Assembly (NCBI GenBank): GCA_964502925.1
Contig: CAZCYH010000015.1
Span: 6,002-70,001, forward strand
DNA: 64,000 bases
Source: an uncultured Leptospira sp.
Lineage (GTDB): Bacteria > Spirochaetota > UBA4802 > JAGODF01
Direction of reading: 5' to 3'
The translations under genes were made by a program, and so were the position numbers. Shown in pieces: positions 39,411-48,803 of the stretch (the first letter of the stretch is position 1; each line of letters begins with the position of its first letter). The notes below the pieces were generated by a model, which saw only the letters and a list, made by a program, of their open reading frames with translations, did not search any database and had not been told where the DNA came from.

Positions 39411-39872
39411 TCACCGGTATTTCAGCGCCCTTCTCAATTCCCTATCCGCGTCGCGTTTCTGTATCGCATGGCGTTTGTCGTGCTTTGCCTTGCCTTTCCC
39501 CAGCCCCAGAAGGACTTTTGCCTTCCCTCTGGAAAAATACACTTTAAGCGGTATGAGCGTGAATCCTTTTTCCTTCAGCTTGCCGGTGAGGCGTTTTATC
39601 TCCTGGTGGTGCAAAAGGAGTTTTCGTTCGCGTTCCGGGTCGTGGTTGAAGCGGTTGCCCATTTCGTACAGCGCAATGTTCATTCCCACTAAAAAGACTT
39701 CTCCGTTTTTTATCTTTGCATACGCATCGTTGATGCTCACTTTCCTTTTGCGGACCGATTTTACCTCCGTTCCTTTGAGCACAATTCCAGCCTCAATCGT
39801 TTCGATTATCTCGTATTCAAAACGGGCTTTCTTGTTAGCAACGACCTCAAATGATTGTGCATCCTGCGTCAT
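39411..39872 (-). CDS. smpB: SsrA-binding protein
   Basis: NKKARFEYEI...EAGIVLKGTEVKS...RKLLLH...GKGKAKHDKR. Confidence 0.97.
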   Translation of the reverse strand: MTQDAQSFEVVANKKARFEYEIIETIEAGIVLKGTEVKSVRKRKVSINDAYAKIKNGEVFLVGMNIALYEMGNRFNHDPERERKLLLHHQEIKRLTGKLKEKGFTLIPLKVYFSRGKAKVLLGLGKGKAKHDKRHAIQKRDADRELRRALKYR

Positions 39873-39888
39873 AGATACCCTGCGTTGT

Positions 39889-42072
39889 TTATTGCTTTAC
39901 CCGCCAGAAGGCAAGGAAAAGTCCGAGTGCAATGAGAGCCGAACCAAGCCATACCAGTATCACCAGCCGTTTGTATGATATTTCAACTATGAGTTCATCC
40001 GGTGGTATTGGAGCGGAAGGATTCGGCTCAATAAAAAGAAGCGCTTCCTTCGTTTCCGGGTTTATGCTGTGAAGGGAGACTTTTCTTTTTTTCGGAGAAA
40101 AGAACGCGTCGATGTGCACAATGCGATCGTTATCTTCCAGACGAAAACCCGGGGAAAGGCGATAGGCCTTTGTCTCATGAACGACCTGGATATCAGCGAA
40201 CACTTCCGGCATACCTTCGCGCATCGCTTTACGGCTGGCGTCTTTGAGTCCTGTGTAGGTGACCACGGCATCGCCAATTTTTCCCGTATCGCCTTGTTTC
40301 AGCATAATCAACGATGCAATGTCGCGTCCGGTCGCATGCGATACCGGTGCAATGTAGATATCGCTCTGAATTCCGGTCAGTATGACTGGTTCTTTGTAAA
40401 GAGAGCCGGTACGCTCGGAATGGTAATATGCCGCACGGATTTCTCGGGAAAATCGACCGTAGGATATGTGCAGCCGCAGATGTGGTTTTTCTTCATCGGT
40501 GAAACCCAAAAATTTCAAAGCCATGCCGCCGGAAAGCGTTTCGATATCTTTCTGGAGATTTTTTTGCATGGATACTGAATGATATGTCGATGCGATGATG
40601 CCGATTACCATAAGGGTAGTTGCAGCGTGGACTATTCGTGAAGGTCGATGTGCTTTTGAATGCCTGAGAAACCAGTCCCGGCATATCGCAAGCAGGGCAA
40701 AAAGAGATGAAATGGTCAAAAGATATGCAGTTGGAATCGAAGTATGAAAGAGATTGAACAGCATGCCGACAATGATGGATATTGCAAGAACGGCAATAAA
40801 CGCCTTTGTTTCAAATTTTTTCCCGCGTGAAAAAGTGATAAGGCCGATGAACGCAAAAACCATGATGCCGGCTGGCACTGACCAGATGGCATAGAATTCC
40901 TCGGTAACGGTTGAAGGCTGGCGGAAGACTATTTTCGTGAAAATCGGCATCGATGTACCCAGGAATATCATCCCGGCGTAGAGAAGAAGAATGAGCATTC
41001 CAAAAAAAAGGAGGTTTTCCTGCGTCAGACTTTTCTGCTCCAGTGGCATGGTTTTGCATGACGTAAATCGCAGTGCGAAAAGCGCTATCGCAATCACCAA
41101 GAAAAATATGAGATAGTATAAAATCTGGTAAGAAACAGAATCTCCAGAAAAAGAATGAACAGAAAATTCAGACAGAATCCCGCTTCGCGTGAGGAATGTG
41201 CTGTAAAGAACGAGAATAAATTGCAGCATGGCGATGGCACAGTTGGTGCGCACAAGCGCGCCTCTTCTTCGCTGAACGATGAGCCCGTGGATGAGGGTGA
41301 TGAGAAGCAGCCAGGGAATGAGCGATGAATTTTCAACCGGGTCCCATCCCCAGTAGCCGCCCCAGCCGAGCACTGCGTATGCCCAGTAGCCGCCAAGAAA
41401 AATGCCGCTTCCGAGAGTCGCTGCAGTGAAGATGACCCATCGGTATGCTCGCGCGGGCATGATATCGTAATCGTTTTTTAAAAGCGCGGCAACCGCATAT
41501 GCAAAGGGAATCACCGATGCTGCATAACCGACAAAAAGAATGGGAGGGTGTACCGCCATCCAGAAATCTTGTAAAAGAGGATTGAGGCCCAGCCCATCAG
41601 GCACCTGCGGCATGAGATGTGAAAATTGTCCGCTGTGCGTTTCCCACAGACGTGCAAAAGGGCTGTTGATAGTCAGAGAAATGAGAATGAAAAACTGTGC
41701 GAGCGTGATGACTGAGAGCAGTATGCTTTCATGGCGATCATTGGTCCAAATAATCGCGATGCCCGCGATGCAGATGAATAATGCCCAGATGAGAAAACCT
41801 CCTTCTTTGCCTGCCCATACCGCCGAAATTTTATACAGGAGCGGAAGGTCGCGTGAAGAATTCTGGTATACATAGCCTATTGTAAAATCATTTGAAATGA
41901 AAGATTGCAAAAGCAAAATAAAAGTAAATGCGGTAATGAGCGAAATTAAATAGTGAATACGCCGGGTCGTCAGTTTCGCGAAAAGATTGCCGCCCGCGCT
42001 CTGAGCCAGAAATATGAGATTGAGAGCGCTGAGGACCATCGAAGCGATAATTAACATTGAGCCTGTGTGCAT
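39889..42072 (-). CDS. ccmF: Cytochrome c biogenesis heme lyase CcmF
   Basis: WAGKEGG, GLNPLLQ, HPP, WGGYWGWDPVENSSLIPW, FLTRSG, SVHSF. Confidence 0.95.
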   Translation of the reverse strand: MHTGSMLIIASMVLSALNLIFLAQSAGGNLFAKLTTRRIHYLISLITAFTFILLLQSFISNDFTIGYVYQNSSRDLPLLYKISAVWAGKEGGFLIWALFICIAGIAIIWTNDRHESILLSVITLAQFFILISLTINSPFARLWETHSGQFSHLMPQVPDGLGLNPLLQDFWMAVHPPILFVGYAASVIPFAYAVAALLKNDYDIMPARAYRWVIFTAATLGSGIFLGGYWAYAVLGWGGYWGWDPVENSSLIPWLLLITLIHGLIVQRRRGALVRTNCAIAMLQFILVLYSTFLTRSGILSEFSVHSFSGDSVSYQILYYLIFFLVIAIALFALRFTSCKTMPLEQKSLTQENLLFFGMLILLLYAGMIFLGTSMPIFTKIVFRQPSTVTEEFYAIWSVPAGIMVFAFIGLITFSRGKKFETKAFIAVLAISIIVGMLFNLFHTSIPTAYLLTISSLFALLAICRDWFLRHSKAHRPSRIVHAATTLMVIGIIASTYHSVSMQKNLQKDIETLSGGMALKFLGFTDEEKPHLRLHISYGRFSREIRAAYYHSERTGSLYKEPVILTGIQSDIYIAPVSHATGRDIASLIMLKQGDTGKIGDAVVTYTGLKDASRKAMREGMPEVFADIQVVHETKAYRLSPGFRLEDNDRIVHIDAFFSPKKRKVSLHSINPETKEALLFIEPNPSAPIPPDELIVEISYKRLVILVWLGSALIALGLFLAFWRVKQ

Positions 42073-42156
42073 TGGCGTTTATCCATAATGTAATGTGGGT
42101 GCAACATTATATCGCATAGCGGATGAGTCAATATAATTTAACTGATGCAGGCGCTA

Positions 42157-42540
42157 TTAATTGTCGTTGGGGGATGTTGCTTTCTTCGCGTAACGCGAAG
42201 GGCATTTGACGAGAATTTTTTCCGCTTCGAAATAGCCACTTTCTGGATTGAACAAGCCCCGTGCGACAATGGAATCGGCATGCTCGATATTGACCGGTTT
42301 TATGCCACGGTGGCGAACGCGAAGCGCCGTTCCATCCTTATCTTTGAGAAGCAGGGTATAATAGCCGTCTTTGTGCTGAATTATCTCATTTTTGTAGAGA
42401 GTGCCGAGTATCTGTACCGAGCGTTTTGCGGTTATGGCTTCGGAAAAGGGCACATAAGTCCTCAGTGAGTCTTTCAGGGAATAAAAAGCGAATGCGCCGC
42501 ACGCGGTCGCAAAGAGGATGATAAGAATTTTTTTAGTCAT
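42157..42540 (-). CDS. ccmE: Heme chaperone CcmE, CxxxY variant
   Basis: N-terminal anchor and OB-fold-like body; ILVKCPSRY replaces the canonical HxxxY. Confidence 0.88.
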   Translation of the reverse strand: MTKKILIILFATACGAFAFYSLKDSLRTYVPFSEAITAKRSVQILGTLYKNEIIQHKDGYYTLLLKDKDGTALRVRHRGIKPVNIEHADSIVARGLFNPESGYFEAEKILVKCPSRYAKKATSPNDN

Positions 42541-42794
42541 TTTTTATGCTTCTTTTCCAGGCTGCTGATTTTACGGTCAATATATACAAGATACAGTGAT
42601 ACTACAAACCAGATTCCGAGTATTACCCACATTACTGAAAAGCTTTGTACATTTTCAACGTGTTGTTCCTGGGCAGTTACTCGCAAAGCTCCCTGCGCAA
42701 AAAGGTTCGCGCTATCTGAGAATACAACTACTACCGCGGAAAAGAAAATTTTCAGAAAAAAATAGAGAAGAGGATTATTGCAGTTTATGGTCAT
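42537..42794 (-). CDS. ccmD: CcmD-like small membrane protein
   Basis: Between ccmC and ccmE; TM (VMWVILGIWFVVSLYLVYID) followed by charged RKISSLEKK. Confidence 0.65.
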   Translation of the reverse strand: MTINCNNPLLYFFLKIFFSAVVVVFSDSANLFAQGALRVTAQEQHVENVQSFSVMWVILGIWFVVSLYLVYIDRKISSLEKKHKK

Positions 42795-43425
42795 CTGCCT
42801 GCCTCGAAAATTCATAATGATGTATTCTCTGACGAATTGAAAGAAACTGTAGATATAAAAGAGTGAATGCCACTAATGAAACGATGAGGGTGAGTCTTGT
42901 CGGTACATCGGCCACCAGGCTTCCCGAATGAGGGTGCAGGGAACCGAATATGCGGGGAAACACCGCGATGAGGAAGGGGAGAGATGCCATCGCAATAATC
43001 AAATACGCTGAGGTTATTTTGCCTCGTCCCTCGTTACCTCTCAGGGAGGCATTCAGGCTGAAGTATGCAAGGTAGATGAGCATGAGGATGATGATTGATG
43101 TTTGTCTCGGATCCCAATTCCAGAAAGAGCCCCAGCTCAACTTCGACCAGATAGAGCCGGATGCTGTGGCAAGGACGGTAAAAAATAAGCCGATTTCAGC
43201 GGAAAAACGCGCAGTTATCTCATGAGAATCACGCCCTCTCAAAAGAAATGCGATGGAGAGTGAACCCGCTATCAGAAACGCGAGCGTTGCCGTCCATGCC
43301 AGAGGTACATGGAAAAAAAGCAGCCTGCCTGCTTCGCCGTGGACTTCCGCAGTGGGTGCATAGCGAAAAGCCAGAACAATTGAAATGGGCATTGCAATAT
43401 GTATGAGCCGTGCGATGTGTTTCAT
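42775..43425 (-). CDS. ccmC: Heme exporter CcmC
   Basis: FFHVP, WWD motif WGSFWNWDPR, SLHP. Confidence 0.93.
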   Translation of the reverse strand: MKHIARLIHIAMPISIVLAFRYAPTAEVHGEAGRLLFFHVPLAWTATLAFLIAGSLSIAFLLRGRDSHEITARFSAEIGLFFTVLATASGSIWSKLSWGSFWNWDPRQTSIIILMLIYLAYFSLNASLRGNEGRGKITSAYLIIAMASLPFLIAVFPRIFGSLHPHSGSLVADVPTRLTLIVSLVAFTLLYLQFLSIRQRIHHYEFSRQADDHKLQ

Positions 43426-44081
43426 TCATTATTCCAGATATGAGGAAAAATAAGATAGGATATCGAAATGAGCGCGCCAGAAAATGCAAGAAAAAAAATC
43501 ATCTCAGATGCTACGGAGATAGTATGCCGTTCAAAGCAAAGCGCGGTGGCGCGTATTGCGGCAATGAGAACAGGAAGAAGAACCGGAAATGAAATCACGG
43601 CGAAAAGAGCTCCTTTCATGGCTGATCTGGCTGCAATTGCGGAAAGAACTGTTGCCGCTGACGAAAGCGCAAAGCCGCCGCCAAGGATGATAGTGATAAA
43701 AATAAATGGCGATGGCACTTCTCCTTCATGGAAAAAGACAAATGCAGAGACAATGACAACCTCTAAAAGTGTAAAAAAGCAGATGTTGAAAATCAATTTG
43801 GAGAAAAACACAGCAGCAGGGGTTGATGTCAGCCTGAGAAAAAGGGAAGTGCCGCGCTCCTCCTCGCGCGTAAAAGAATGCGCAAGACCGATAATTCCAG
43901 CAAAAAAAATGATTATCCAGAGGAGAATGGCTCGTTCCCATGCACCAAGGGATGTCCCTGCAGATGCAATGGCGGAAGAAAGCGTTGTGCTGATGGCAAA
44001 AGAAAGTACGATGAATATTGAGCGCCGTTCACGGAATTCCACCAGGAGGTCTTTGCGTATTAATCGTCGTATCTCACGCAC
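43422..44081 (-). CDS. ccmB: Heme exporter permease CcmB
   Basis: KDLLVEFR, REEERGT, FPVLLPVL; six TM segments. Confidence 0.9.
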   Translation of the reverse strand: MREIRRLIRKDLLVEFRERRSIFIVLSFAISTTLSSAIASAGTSLGAWERAILLWIIIFFAGIIGLAHSFTREEERGTSLFLRLTSTPAAVFFSKLIFNICFFTLLEVVIVSAFVFFHEGEVPSPFIFITIILGGGFALSSAATVLSAIAARSAMKGALFAVISFPVLLPVLIAAIRATALCFERHTISVASEMIFFLAFSGALISISYLIFPHIWNNE

Positions 44082-44697
44082 CGAGCACTACCCTCCTGGG
44101 GCAGATTGCCGCTTCATCCGGGTCGTTGGTTGCAATTACGATGGTTTTATGAGGAATTAATGTTTCCATGAGGGAAAAAAATGTTTTTTTTCCCGTTTCG
44201 TCTAAATTTGAAGTCGGTTCATCGAGCAATAGCACTGGAGGATTCAAAATCAGAGCTGTGATGATTTTCAGGCGCTGAATCATGCCGGTTGAAAATCGGC
44301 CGATGTGCAGGTCGCGGTACTCATGCAGAGCGAATTGTTCAAGCAGATGCGCACCTCTTTTCATTGTATCAGTATTGCCAGAAATGAATTGTATTGTTTC
44401 CAGAGCAGTCAGTTCATCGTAGAAGCGAAGCCGTGGACTTACGAATCCAAAAAAACATTCGAAATTTGATATGATGGTACGACTGTTCTGGAGGTAGCGC
44501 ACGCTTCCTGAGGAAGGACGCCGAATGCCCCCCAAAATTTCAAGAAGGGTCGATTTTCCCGAACCATTGGGGCCGCAAATTGCACACGGATGTGATGGGG
44601 AGGCATCAAAATCCATACAGGAAAAAATAGTTCGATTACCGTATTTTTTTGAAATATTAGTAGCGTGGATAGAAATTGAAAGCATGAATGTGCACAA
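44074..44697 (-). CDS. ccmA: Heme exporter ATPase CcmA
   Basis: Walker A GPNGSGKST, signature FSTGM, Walker B LLLDEP; first gene of the ccm cluster. Confidence 0.85.
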   Translation of the reverse strand: MCTFMLSISIHATNISKKYGNRTIFSCMDFDASPSHPCAICGPNGSGKSTLLEILGGIRRPSSGSVRYLQNSRTIISNFECFFGFVSPRLRFYDELTALETIQFISGNTDTMKRGAHLLEQFALHEYRDLHIGRFSTGMIQRLKIITALILNPPVLLLDEPTSNLDETGKKTFFSLMETLIPHKTIVIATNDPDEAAICPRRVVLGA

Positions 44698-44993
44698 ATG
44701 CCTTTTTGAAAAAATTTTTTGATATATAGAATTCTTTGGTTTAATAAAACATAGTTGCTGTCAAGAAATATTATAAAAATTGTAATTACGAACATGAGCA
44801 ATCTGCACATGTTTTACCTTAAATCCCGATGTTGGTGTGCAAATGGCACGAGAATTAGTTTTTCTCTGTTGTATAATAAAACGCCGCATGATACAATTTG
44901 AAAATTTTCCTGGTGGAGTAAAAAAAATTTTTTCGCCGTACGCATTTTCATCGTATTAATGGGTAGAAGGATATTATATTCAAGGAGGAAGCT

Positions 44994-45479
44994 ATGAATA
45001 TCGATACCACCTACGTGATGTGCGAAGACGTCATTGCGCTTCTTGATGATGCGGAAGAAAAGACGAAGCGCCCCAAGGAAGAACTGCTCGTGCTTGCCAT
45101 GCGCATGATGTTGAAGGACTGTGAAGCATTCTTTCGCATGGATGGCCGCATTGAGTATCAGAAGCGCGTGGATGAAAAAACAGGCGAGAAAATCAAAAAA
45201 CATCGGGTGAAGATGCGCCTGATGTGCCGGGAATATGATTATTATCAGGATATGCGCAAGCTTTTTCGAAGGTCGATTTCCCTGGTAATGGCGATTGCGG
45301 TACGCACTTATATCGTAAAAATTGTCGAGGCGATTGTGAATAAGACCGCCGATTCGGTTCTTGCGGATACTTACCCGTTCGAAAATTATGCAATTTCTAT
45401 AAATCGTATATGTTATGCGTCATCGTTCCGCATCTGGTGGGGATTGCCGAAAAATCTGGATTTATTGTTTATAAAATAA
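44994..45479 (+). CDS. Hypothetical protein, DUF1564-like / possible tandem ribbon-helix-helix
   Basis: AAGGAGG RBS; two strand-helix-helix-like units (TTYVM..VIALLDD..PKEELLVLAM; VKMRL..EYDYYQDMRK..SISLVMAIAV). Family call from recall only. Confidence 0.6.
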   Translation: MNIDTTYVMCEDVIALLDDAEEKTKRPKEELLVLAMRMMLKDCEAFFRMDGRIEYQKRVDEKTGEKIKKHRVKMRLMCREYDYYQDMRKLFRRSISLVMAIAVRTYIVKIVEAIVNKTADSVLADTYPFENYAISINRICYASSFRIWWGLPKNLDLLFIK

Positions 45480-45669
45480 CCTATACAAATACATCAAAAC
45501 GTCAATATGTTATGCACCGCCTTTATGTGTGACAGGGAAATCTTTGTTCTATGAACGATTTTTTCCCATTTTGCCTCAAGCGAGACAGCTGCATATAATC
45601 CATGTTTAATAAATTGACATATTACATATTATCAAGAATATCGTAACTCTTGAATGGATATAGTGCACT

Positions 45670-46254
45670 ATGCTTCATTTAAAAAACACCTATTATCTGA
45701 TGCGGCATGGAGAGAGCGAAGCAAATGAAAAAGGAATTATCATCAGCTCTCCTCTTGTCGGCGTTTCGCGCTATGGGCTCACCGAAAAAGGGCGGGCTGA
45801 AGTGCTAAAAAAGGCGCGTACGATTAATCAGCAGCTACATCTGGATTGTGTTATCTCATCGGACTTCTTGCGTGCACTCGAAACGGCAAGGATTCTGGCT
45901 GCCGAGTGCCATATACAGGAAATCCATACCAGTGCTCTTCTCCGCGAGAGGTCTTTTGGAAGCCTTGAAGGTGGTGATGACTCGGCATACCAGAGAGTAT
46001 GGGAACTGGATGCGATTGACCCGGACCATCATGAATATGGGGTAGAATCCTGCAGGGAGGTTGCTAAACGCGTCCTTGAATTCATATCCGATTGTGAAAA
46101 TACCTATAGCGGTTCGACTATTCTGGTGGTCGCGCACGGTGATGTTCTTCAAATTCACTACTGTGCCGTGCATGGTATTCCAGTTCGATTGCACAGAACC
46201 GTGCCAAATATAGAAAAAGCGGAAATCCGACCGCTTATTGCACTGAACATGTAA
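45670..46254 (+). CDS. Histidine phosphatase (phosphoglycerate mutase family)
   Basis: RHGES, SSDFLRALETA, LRERSFG, VAHG. Confidence 0.9.
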   Translation: MLHLKNTYYLMRHGESEANEKGIIISSPLVGVSRYGLTEKGRAEVLKKARTINQQLHLDCVISSDFLRALETARILAAECHIQEIHTSALLRERSFGSLEGGDDSAYQRVWELDAIDPDHHEYGVESCREVAKRVLEFISDCENTYSGSTILVVAHGDVLQIHYCAVHGIPVRLHRTVPNIEKAEIRPLIALNM

Positions 46255-46310
46255 GTGCATATCTCGGTTTGGGTATCATTACATTTTTTTATGTAGCATT
46301 AAAAATTTTT

Positions 46311-46339
46311 TTGACGCCAAAGAAGGCTTGGAGTATATT
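46311..46339 (+). promoter_or_regulatory. Sigma70-type promoter
   Basis: TTGACG(46311-46316)-N17-TATATT(46334-46339); predicted start site about 46345-46346. Confidence 0.7.
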
Positions 46340-46345
46340 ATATAT

Positions 46346-46424
46346 GTCGTCGGGAAACCGGCGGCAAACCTTCCAAACAATCCGCTAAGTTGCTGACGAT
46401 TCCGCCAGGAGTCGTCTTTTTTTT
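46346..46424 (+). ncRNA. Candidate riboswitch/attenuator or about 79-nt sRNA upstream of the MCP gene
   Basis: Begins at the predicted start site with an 8-bp GAAA-tetraloop hairpin (46346-46365), then an A/C-rich linker, then an intrinsic terminator. The 5' arm can alternatively pair with the terminator 5' arm. Confidence 0.55.
46395..46424 (+). terminator. Intrinsic terminator in the MCP leader
   Basis: GACGATTCC-GCCA-GGAGTCGTC followed by T8. Confidence 0.8.
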
Positions 46425-46481
46425 AAAAAATTTATCAATTTTCGTGTTATTACGAAAAAAATACTTGACGATATCAAATAG

Positions 46482-46495
46482 ACTGACATGTCAGT
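46482..46495. promoter_or_regulatory. Perfect 14-bp palindrome, candidate repressor operator
   Basis: ACTGACATGTCAGT, 42 bp upstream of the MCP ATG; a TetR gene follows the MCP. Confidence 0.55.
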
Positions 46496-46536
46496 ATTAT
46501 ATACACAGCATCGTTTCCCGTGCAGGCGGCCAATTC

Positions 46537-48702
46537 ATGAAAATATGTATTGCTGGAATAATGCTCTTTTTTCCTTTCGCACTTTTTGCTTTAGAACCGG
46601 TGATGCTTGATGATAACTTTTCCAGTGGCGCCATCAGCAATAAAATAGAGTATTTGGAAGATAAAACTGTTCGTCTTTCATTTGATGATGCTCGAAAAAG
46701 CCGCGAATGGAAGCGTTCTGGTGAAGATGCGTTCAATTTCGGTTTTACCGAAAGCGCATACTGGTTCCGATTTACGATTGATAATCGATCGCAATCCGAT
46801 AAGTTTCTTATTGAAATCTCCTATCCGATGCTTGATTCGATCATCCTCTTGCGTCCTGATGAAAGGGGGGGATACACTGCATACGAAACTGGCGACATGT
46901 TTCCCTTTTCGCATCGTGAGGTGGAACATGTATCATTTGTGTTTCATATTGATCAGCAGCGTGGAAAGACGGAGGAGTATTATTTCAGGATAAAGACTGA
47001 AAGCTCTTTTAATTTTTCAGCAAAATTATATACCTACACATCATTTTTTACGAAACTCAACAGCGAACAGCCGATAATCTGGATTTTTTACGGACTCATG
47101 ATCATTATGGTGGTGTACAATTTAATAATATTCATTTCGAGTAGAGATGTAAGCTACCTTTTTTATTCAATATTTATTTCAACATGGATTGTCCTTCAAA
47201 TGTGCCTAAACGGCTATGCTTTTCAGTATCTATGGCCCAACGCGATATGGTGGGCGAATAGTTCTCTTCCTTTTTTTATTGCGATGACATATGGCACGGT
47301 AGGAATATTTTTCATTTTTTTCCTGGAGCTTAGAAAGCATCCTCGGTTTTTTCGAATGGGGATATGGTTTTTTTGTATTATACCAGCGTTTGTTTTGTCG
47401 GGATTATCGCTGATAGTGCAGTATTCAGTTGCAATCAAGATGACGACGGTGTTTGCCGGTATTTCAGCGGCATTTTTGTATTGTGCGGGATTGATACTTG
47501 CCTTGAAGTATAAATCCCGGCAGGCGTATTTTATCATTATGGGATTTATGGGGTTTGTAATTGGAATCCTTCTATACGTGCTAAAGACTTTTGGTATGTT
47601 GCCGCAGAATTTCTTTACGCAATGGAGCATTCAAATCGGATCTGCTCTCGTTGTTGTGCTGCTTTCATTCGGACTAGCTGATAAGATAAACATAATGAGA
47701 AGGGAACTTGTGCATTTGCTGGATGCTCAGAAAATTAATGAACGTACAGCGCTGGAAAAAGCTCATTTCTTGGAGGGAATTGTTTCCACCGTCAATGGAA
47801 TATCGTCTGATTTTATAAGCCTAAGCCGCGAGCTCGGAGAAGTCAGTACGGCTTTTTCACAGCTTTCAATGGAACAGGCATCCACCAGCGAACAGATGTC
47901 GGCGACGTTTGATGAGCTGGTAGCATCTATTGAAAGAATTCACCAGTCAACACTTCATCAGCAGGAGGAAGGTGAAAAATCAAAGCGGCTTGCAGATGAG
48001 TTGAGTGCAGCTCAGCGATCGATGGTGAAAGAGAGCATTCAAGTTGCCAGAAGCGTTGAGTCAATTTCCCGTGCTGCGAAAACCACTGAAGAAAGTTTGA
48101 AAATGATGACTGAGCGGATGAATATCATAAACGCGGGCGGTAAAGAAATTGACCAGTTTGTCTCCATCATCGACGATATTTCTGATAAAATCAATTTGCT
48201 TTCCCTCAATGCCGCGATTGAAGCAGCCCGTGCCGGAGAGTATGGACGTGGATTTGCCGTAGTTGCCGATGAAATTGGAAAGCTTGCCCAGGCTACATCG
48301 GACAATTCTAAAAGCATTGCAAGCCGTATTAAAAGGATAATTGCCGATATTGAGGAGGGAACCAATTTAGTCCTGAGCACAAAAGATTCGACGGATGTCA
48401 TCTTTTCAATGGTTGCTACAATAAAGAAAGGCATTGATGAGGTAAAAAACTTGATGGCGGCGCAGAACAAACTATTGGATGTTGTCGTACATCAAGTCGG
48501 GATAATTGAGACCCTTTCAAAAGATGTTGTTGTTTCGACACAAGAGCAGAAGGATTCCATGGTGCAAACCATGCACACCATTGAAAGGTTATCTGAAATG
48601 GCTATGGAAATATCATCCGCAAATCATAAAATCGTGGGCTTCATACAGGCCATCAGTTCTAATTCGGAGAAACTTGCCAGGGCTGTTGAAGGTGCCTCGT
48701 AG
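46537..48702 (+). CDS. Methyl-accepting chemotaxis protein with 7TM-DISM sensor
   Basis: Signal peptide, 7TMR-DISM extracellular domain ([12 protein letters not shown]), seven TMs ([10 protein letters not shown]) and MCP hairpin ([33 protein letters not shown]). The ORF-track TTG at 46390 overlaps the terminator. Confidence 0.92.
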   Translation: MKICIAGIMLFFPFALFALEPVMLDDNFSSGAISNKIEYLEDKTVRLSFDDARKSREWKRSGEDAFNFGFTESAYWFRFTIDNRSQSDKFLIEISYPMLDSIILLRPDERGGYTAYETGDMFPFSHREVEHVSFVFHIDQQRGKTEEYYFRIKTESSFNFSAKLYTYTSFFTKLNSEQPIIWIFYGLMIIMVVYNLIIFISSRDVSYLFYSIFISTWIVLQMCLNGYAFQYLWPNAIWWANSSLPFFIAMTYGTVGIFFIFFLELRKHPRFFRMGIWFFCIIPAFVLSGLSLIVQYSVAIKMTTVFAGISAAFLYCAGLILALKYKSRQAYFIIMGFMGFVIGILLYVLKTFGMLPQNFFTQWSIQIGSALVVVLLSFGLADKINIMRRELVHLLDAQKINERTALEKAHFLEGIVSTVNGISSDFISLSRELGEVSTAFSQLSMEQASTSEQMSATFDELVASIERIHQSTLHQQEEGEKSKRLADELSAAQRSMVKESIQVARSVESISRAAKTTEESLKMMTERMNIINAGGKEIDQFVSIIDDISDKINLLSLNAAIEAARAGEYGRGFAVVADEIGKLAQATSDNSKSIASRIKRIIADIEEGTNLVLSTKDSTDVIFSMVATIKKGIDEVKNLMAAQNKLLDVVVHQVGIIETLSKDVVVSTQEQKDSMVQTMHTIERLSEMAMEISSANHKIVGFIQAISSNSEKLARAVEGAS

Positions 48703-48803
48703 CTTCCTTCATGGTTTTGTATTACCATTCAAAATTATCTCAGTGAATATTTTACTTGCAGGATTTGCCTTTCCCGTCAATAATGGTTGCGGGTGGGCTG
48801 AAA

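Noticed and set aside
43468-44160. 230-aa antisense ORF over ccmB, and the many other short overlapping ORFs in the track
   Set aside because: They lie opposite or out of frame to well-supported genes, with no motifs or RBS.
44838-44853. Sigma54 promoter upstream of the DUF1564-like gene
   Set aside because: TGGCAC is present, but the -12 element reads TTAG instead of TTGC.
46346-46424. Firm call as a c-di-GMP-I or fluoride riboswitch
   Set aside because: The 5' GGCAAAC and ACGCAAAG of c-di-GMP-I are missing or misordered, and the conserved GAUGG of crcB is absent. Kept only as an unassigned candidate.
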